A stretch of 38,511 nucleotides of DNA. Source: Perkinsus chesapeaki ATCC PRA-425. Lineage: Eukaryota > Protista > Perkinsozoa. The notes under the pieces were generated by a model, which was not told the origin of the DNA, ran no database searches, and worked only from the letters and a program-made list of their open reading frames with translations. Position 1 is the stretch's first letter; every line of letters starts with the position of its first letter. Where the stretch lies: contig JAAPAO010000333.1 of assembly GCA_013115145.1 (NCBI GenBank), forward strand, positions 1-38,511. The letters are read 5' to 3'. Shown one piece after another: positions 33,601 to 38,511 of this stretch. The position numbers were made by a program, and so were the translations under genes.

Positions 33601-34926
33601 TCGCATAGAAATCTTTCTCGCGTGTCCCCTTTTCGATCGAGCCATTCCTCACCATATCATTGTGGTACGCGAGAAGTACGTCAGGCACTTGGGCGGGTGC
33701 CAGGTTGGTCTTTACCAGCGCTACTTTCATGCTCGACGCTAGAAAGATCACAAAGCTTGGCCAATAACTAATCCCGTTTATTGAGCTTTATTGATTATTG
33801 GTATGTAGATCACAAGGTTCTCGCCGGATGCCTCCGAGGCTACAAGGTCCGCAATGTACTGGATAATTGCCGCTAGCTCCTCAGTAGAACGAACATCCGG
33901 GTAAGCCTTCTCAACGCACAGCCCCACTGGCGCTGCTCACGTGCGAGGGTCTTGACGGCAGGTCATATGAAGCGAGCGAGGGTTCAGCCGAAGACGGCTC
34001 GGAGAAAGTAGATCATGCTCGCCAACCCGGAACGGCAACTCCATTTGATGGGCTTGATGTCGAGGCACTTAAAGCGTCGGTGAGTCAACAGCGTGTTTGC
34101 TAGTCACGAGGATGTACATATTCGCCTTAGATTCTTCGAACGTTGGTTGAGTTCAGCGGCCAGGAGAGCTATGTAGCAGGCGTCTCAGCCACGGCCGAAC
34201 CGGCAAGTGACGCGGTGCAGCGCGACCGTCTCCTACTAGTAGGACGACTCGAAGTACCCGAGAAAGTGAGGAGGTCTGCTGGACTGCTCTTTGGGATGGT
34301 CTCGTTAACTCAGGAAGCTCCAGCTGTTGTTGAGCGACTCTCGAAGCTTGAGGAAGCCCCCCTGGAGATCAGACATCGTGTGGTGAGTCGGTTCGTAGAG
34401 GCGTTGGATTTGTCAAAGTATGTCCGTCATTATGATGGAGAACCTCTCTGGCGAAGTACGTCACACATCGCCAAGGTGGAAGAGATGTGCATCGACGTGT
34501 CGTCAATCCAAGCTGGAAACCTTCCTCCGAGTAATTGACCATCCTTCAGTATGAAAGAAGGTCTAGCTCGTCCAACAACATTTAGTTGGTTTCGTACCTT
34601 CTTTAGTGACAAGTGTAGGTGGAATGGGTCACTGCACTTATATAGCTTGTTTCCAATAAGCCAATACAATAGGTCTTCAACAAGTCGCTTGTATGGTTCG
34701 GTGCTGGTTATTTTCACTACGCTGCTTATGAGCTACTCAGGCCCATCATTTCCGAGGAGGTGCCGACAAGACTGTCACAGAGAGAGGTTTGAAGATTCAG
34801 CCGCCAGCGTTGGGCGATGTCTCGATCAAGGTTGAGCGCGAGACAGTGAGTGCCCCGGAGGCAGCAGCTGCAGCTAAAGGCAAAAGATCCACGGAAATGC
34901 TTTGTGAACACACTGTGATGGTTTAG
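30690..34926 (+). CDS. Large hypothetical multi-exon protein (helical-looking), no family recognised
   Basis: Long open exons in ORFs 31559..31933, 32126..32434 and 34143..34538. Phase-consistent joins include ASKTIETVQAALTFVS / ITRFSPDASEATRSAMYW / GSYEASEGSAEDG / ILRTLVEFSG, with GTAAG or GTGAG donors. Probable stop TAG 34924-34926. Confidence 0.55.
33050..33720 (-). mobile_element. Decayed non-LTR (LINE-type) RT relic, antisense inside an intron of the 30.7-34.9 kb gene
   Basis: Motifs in order: TFDDPTRAWDALH (DxxxAFD..H), VPRVSLSP with underlying DNA GTTCCCAGGGTTTCATTGAGTCCC (one base from VPQGS.LSP), YGGQDDLMLI (YADD-like) and RLTLEE*RII. Confidence 0.65.
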
Positions 34927-35199
34927 GCTCTTGAGACCTATGCAAGAAGGGCTGTAAATAGAGAGTATCTAGAGGACAGGAGAAGAAAGCATGTGAACTC
35001 CAGTGTTAGATATCTCGATGAATGGGTGGCGTTCACTTAATCAAGTCAACCATGGCTTAAGCCCAATAGATGGATTATGAAAGAAGCTCTCTAAAATACC
35101 ACTTAAGATGGCATGCCTTCACTTGCAGCTTCTTTCTTTTTCATCTAGCTAACAAGGATAATAATTTCGAATCAGCGATGTCTCTTTCATAACGAGGGG

Positions 35200-35800
35200 A
35201 TGTACTTCAGACTCAATCACGACTCCCTGCTATCCATGTAATGATATCTATGTTACGTTCAAGGCGCCATGTAGCCTCACTGAGATTCATTTCTCGGATG
35301 TAAAAACTTTTTACCAAAAAGTGTTTACAGCGGAAATGCTTATAACAAATGTGATCCTAGACCAAAGCACACATCGGAAACATTCCTTCTGAAAACGCCT
35401 GACGTCCTCCTACGACTACCTTGTTTAACCGTTCACTTGGATTTCTGACCGTCTTCAACAGCGGAAGAGTCGGCGGGACTAAGATCGTAGTTTAGCTATT
35501 CTCACTCAAGTGGCGCGGTGGCGCTACCAGTGAGTGAAGCTGTCTTACCCTGTATACTGCCTGCAGCATTTTCAGATTGAAATGTAAGACCTGCCTGCTG
35601 AGTTGCAGCACCTCTGGTAAGCCCTCGTTCGAAAACACGACAGAGCCTGGCCGCTGTCCGGCCTAACCCACGGTTCGCTGTGTACCGATGCGGTCGCGGT
35701 GACATTGATATGTGTGACGCGGCACTTTCGACGCGCCACAAGCCAGTCGTTAGCGCTCGGGATGGTTGGATTTGTGGACGATCGCGATTTCTGCTCCCTA
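35200..35800 (-). CDS. Possible small hypothetical gene
   Basis: 3' part of ORF 35502..35984 with a GTAAGA donor near 35549 and further open segments down to about 35200. Weak. Confidence 0.25.
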
Positions 35801-35853
35801 ACAATCTACAGGAACTCCTCAGCTTCGTATTACTTTCATAGGTTATTGCATAA

Positions 35854-37257
35854 ATGAAGGAGTATGACGGTTTCGGTGGCGAGATAATCGTTGTTGAGAA
35901 TGAAGACGATATCCAGTTTGTTAGGGAGAAACTGTAGGCCACGGCGCAAAGACTAGTTCGGAGTTTGAGTTCAGGGCTGGGCATTCGATCGTTGGCATCG
36001 ATTTTGAGTGGGATGAAGGAGCAAAGGACCCTCCGGTCTCACTGGTGGGGAGGGTGTCGGTTGGGAAACTACACCTCAGCTGTCCTGTGTAGGTGCAGAT
36101 TGCTACACCAGGTGTTGCTGTTCTGTTCCGAGTTGATGTGGCTCAGCCTGTCCTGCACCCAGTCGCCAGGGAAATCCTGCTTAATGAAGTAAGATCGGCC
36201 TTGGTTTACGTTTACACTTGGACGGCCTCGCAAGTAGGCAACTTTAGTGTGGCTGGCTTCTTTTCGGGCATGTCCCATGCTTCCTCGTCGAACCATTGTC
36301 CTTAGAAGTGCGGGAAAAGACGGAGCTCCGATGGAATTTTCTCGAAGTCGCTGCGTGTGTTCGCAGTACTCTTTCAGAAAATAATGAAGATCGGCGTCGG
36401 TATGGGTTCAAGTGACTTCAAAAAAGTGCAAGAATCTTTCGGAGTTGGGATTCCCCCAGACCAAACGATAGACATGTTATTAGAGGCCCAGAAAAGAGGC
36501 TTGCCAAAGCCCGGCCTCAAGGGGATGTGTGAGGCCATTGGCTACACCATAGATAAACCTGGGTAAGTGGCGTACCGGGCGTCTCGTCGCTCTTCAACCT
36601 AGTTGAGAATCCTAGCTAAGTGGGCTCAAGCTCAACTCTCCTAATCGGCACTTGTGTGACATAAACTCAATGGGCGGAGTAATGTTAGTATTTCAGTGAC
36701 AGTCTGAGCCCTGCGAACCATACACCAAAGGTGGCCCAGTATTCTGGACCAGTGTTTGCGACAAAGCGAGTTTGTTGACAGGAATGCGTGAAATGTTTGC
36801 TAACCGATACGCATGAAATATGCCATTGGGCTTTGTGGGCCGTTTTATTATTATACTTCATTTGTTTGACGCTATATACGTTGGAATGAATGTTGCATTA
36901 GTCACAAATAAAGGAGTAATATTTCGCAGATATCTTCCCTCGTTTTACCATTGGACAGGCGAGCAGTTGACTAGAGGCCAGAAGTTGTACGCGGCGGGCG
37001 ACGCCTGGTTCCCTATTCTGGTTGCAGCCGTTTGGGGCGTTATAAAATTAAGTGTAAGCGCCGAGGATCGAACCTGCGCCCGATTTATGGTAGTTATTTA
37101 GGAAGAAGAGATACTCGCTATGAAAGAATTGATTATAAAGATTCCCCCAGAAGAATGCATCAAACAACAGGCCAGCGTAAGCGGTCAAAAGCATGCCCTT
37201 GCTAAAGTTCTTGTGTCAGTTTCTTTCGCGCATCTTTCGGTGCAGATAGATTCATAA
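35854..37257 (+). CDS. DnaQ-like DEDDy 3'-5' exonuclease (WRN-exonuclease/EXD-type)
   Basis: Exons 35854-35933, 35975-36044, 36093-36188, 36378-36562 and 36930 onward give VGIDFEW (ExoI), VSLVQIAT, KIGVGMGSSDFKKV (ExoII), GLKGMCEAIG and HWTGEQLTRGQKLYAAGDA (ExoIII). Stop TAA 37255-37257. Confidence 0.9.
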
Positions 37258-37985
37258 TCCTTGCCACACCACAACCGCCCAACCACTGTGGTGGACATAC
37301 AGCTCTCTTATTTGCCAAAGTACCACTGTTACTTATTTTTCTTATTTTTCATTATGTTGTGTTACCTATCACTATTTGTTGCACTTGCGTGCACAGCTAA
37401 TCCCCCCCATAGTAATAAGAAGCCTTCCTAAGCCCCAACGGTGCCACATTTATACTGTATAGTACAGAGTTTGCCGAGTTACTCCTCGTCTGTCTATGAA
37501 TGAGTATAAAGTAACAAGGTACATGGGGTTATACGGCAATCATTTTCAAATTCCGTGACATACATCCGGGCGTGCGCTTTTTACACACGGCGGACGAGAT
37601 AAGCAAACTGTTCTTAGAAAAGTATCTTTGTTGGGAATGGTGGTGCTACTCCGCTCGTTCAATAAACGAGGACCGGTTCCTTGAACAAGATTTTTCGAAG
37701 TCGTTTCCAGAGTCGATTCTTAGTCCCAAGATTGGTTTAGTGAACTGTGTGGAGGATTCTCTATTATTGGATTATCTTTACGGTTCATGTAGATGGTGAA
37801 ATATATCGCGAGATTTAGAAGCTCGATATGCTGTTTCACTGGATAGTTGGTCTGTTCCTTTTCTATGTCTGTTACAGCAGAAGATATTCCAGTTGAGACT
37901 GACACTGCATCCCAGGAGTAAGAAGGTATTGGTTTAGTCGCTTTATTATTATAGGGGGGAGAAATAGTGTCAACAATATATCCGT

Positions 37986-38210
37986 TAGTAAAAATAATGG
38001 ACAATCGAACAACATTATATAATAACATTTTACTAGTGTAAAAATAAAGGACAATCGAACAACATTATATAATAACATTTTACTAGTGTAAAAATAAAGG
38101 ACAATCGAACAACATTATATAATAACATTTTACTAGTGTAAAAATAAAGGACAATCGAACAACATTATATAATTACATTTTACTAGAGTAAAGATAAAGG
38201 ACAATCGAAC
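37986..38210. repeat. Minisatellite, 50-bp unit GGACAATCGAACAACATTATATAATAACATTTTACTAGTGTAAAAATAAA, about 4.3 copies
   Basis: The GG anchor recurs at 37999, 38049, 38099, 38149 and 38199. There are no unique spacers. Confidence 0.97.
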
Positions 38211-38367
38211 TCTACAGAATCGCATTCTTCCACATTAATAGTGTGTCTGCAACTTTCACTGAATTCTCGTCTTTTAGGAAAACCTCTCCTGAAGATGTTG
38301 ATGGCTCAAATGGTAATACATTTGTTATATTATTAGTGCTATCATGAAATTTTCATATTATTATATT

Positions 38368-38511
38368 GTATCATATATAGGTTATTATTATATTATATAT
38401 AGGTTATTATTATATAATATATAGGTTATTATTGTATCATATATAGGTTATTATTATATTATATATAGGTTATTATTATATTATATATAGGTTATTATTG
38501 TATCATATATA
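38368..38511. repeat. Minisatellite, 22-bp unit TATATAGGTTATTATT(A/G)TAT(T/A/C)A, runs off the window edge
   Basis: AGG recurs every 22 bp. The GTATC variant recurs at 38368, 38434 and 38500. Confidence 0.97.

Noticed and set aside
35502-35984. 160-aa minus-strand ORF as a single-exon gene
   Set aside because: Its 5' third is antisense to well-supported exonuclease exons; only the 3' part is kept as a weak candidate.
37986-38210. CRISPR array
   Set aside because: Units are contiguous with no unique spacers, there are no cas genes, and the context is eukaryotic. The same applies to the 33-bp array.

Overview
This is eukaryotic nuclear DNA from an intron-rich protist. An alveolate, possibly Perkinsus-like, is my inference from many 40-55 nt introns, long introns full of decayed LINEs and an SL-like 13-mer; it is not proven. 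The window looks like a whole small scaffold: it has minisatellites at both ends and a 100-N gap inside a third array. Four genes are recognisable once exons are spliced by hand: a UBR-box N-recognin E3 ligase (minus strand, running off the left edge), a DDX3/Ded1 DEAD-box helicase (plus strand, about 11 kb, more than 18 exons), an ALKBH6-like dioxygenase and a WRN-type 3'-5' exonuclease. Several orphan multi-exon genes lie between 22 and 35 kb, and at least three decayed non-LTR retrotransposon RT relics sit inside introns. There are no prokaryotic features, CRISPR arrays, rRNA or intact tRNA. The most striking unexplained signal is a recurring intronic microstructure: a 6-7 bp unit followed by its inverted copy and then a direct copy again (A-A'-A), with single-base spacers. 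The two palindrome centres are almost always 7 nt apart (sometimes 8), and the unit sequence differs between sites. The geometry fits hairpin-type (hAT-like) transposon excision scars or a fixed-length template-switch repair process. Other points of note are 22-26 nt introns supported by protein homology, a possible SWIM plus UBR-box fusion, and a possible head-to-head exon overlap near 8.2 kb. All exon boundaries and motif matches were read by eye; nothing was searched or computed.
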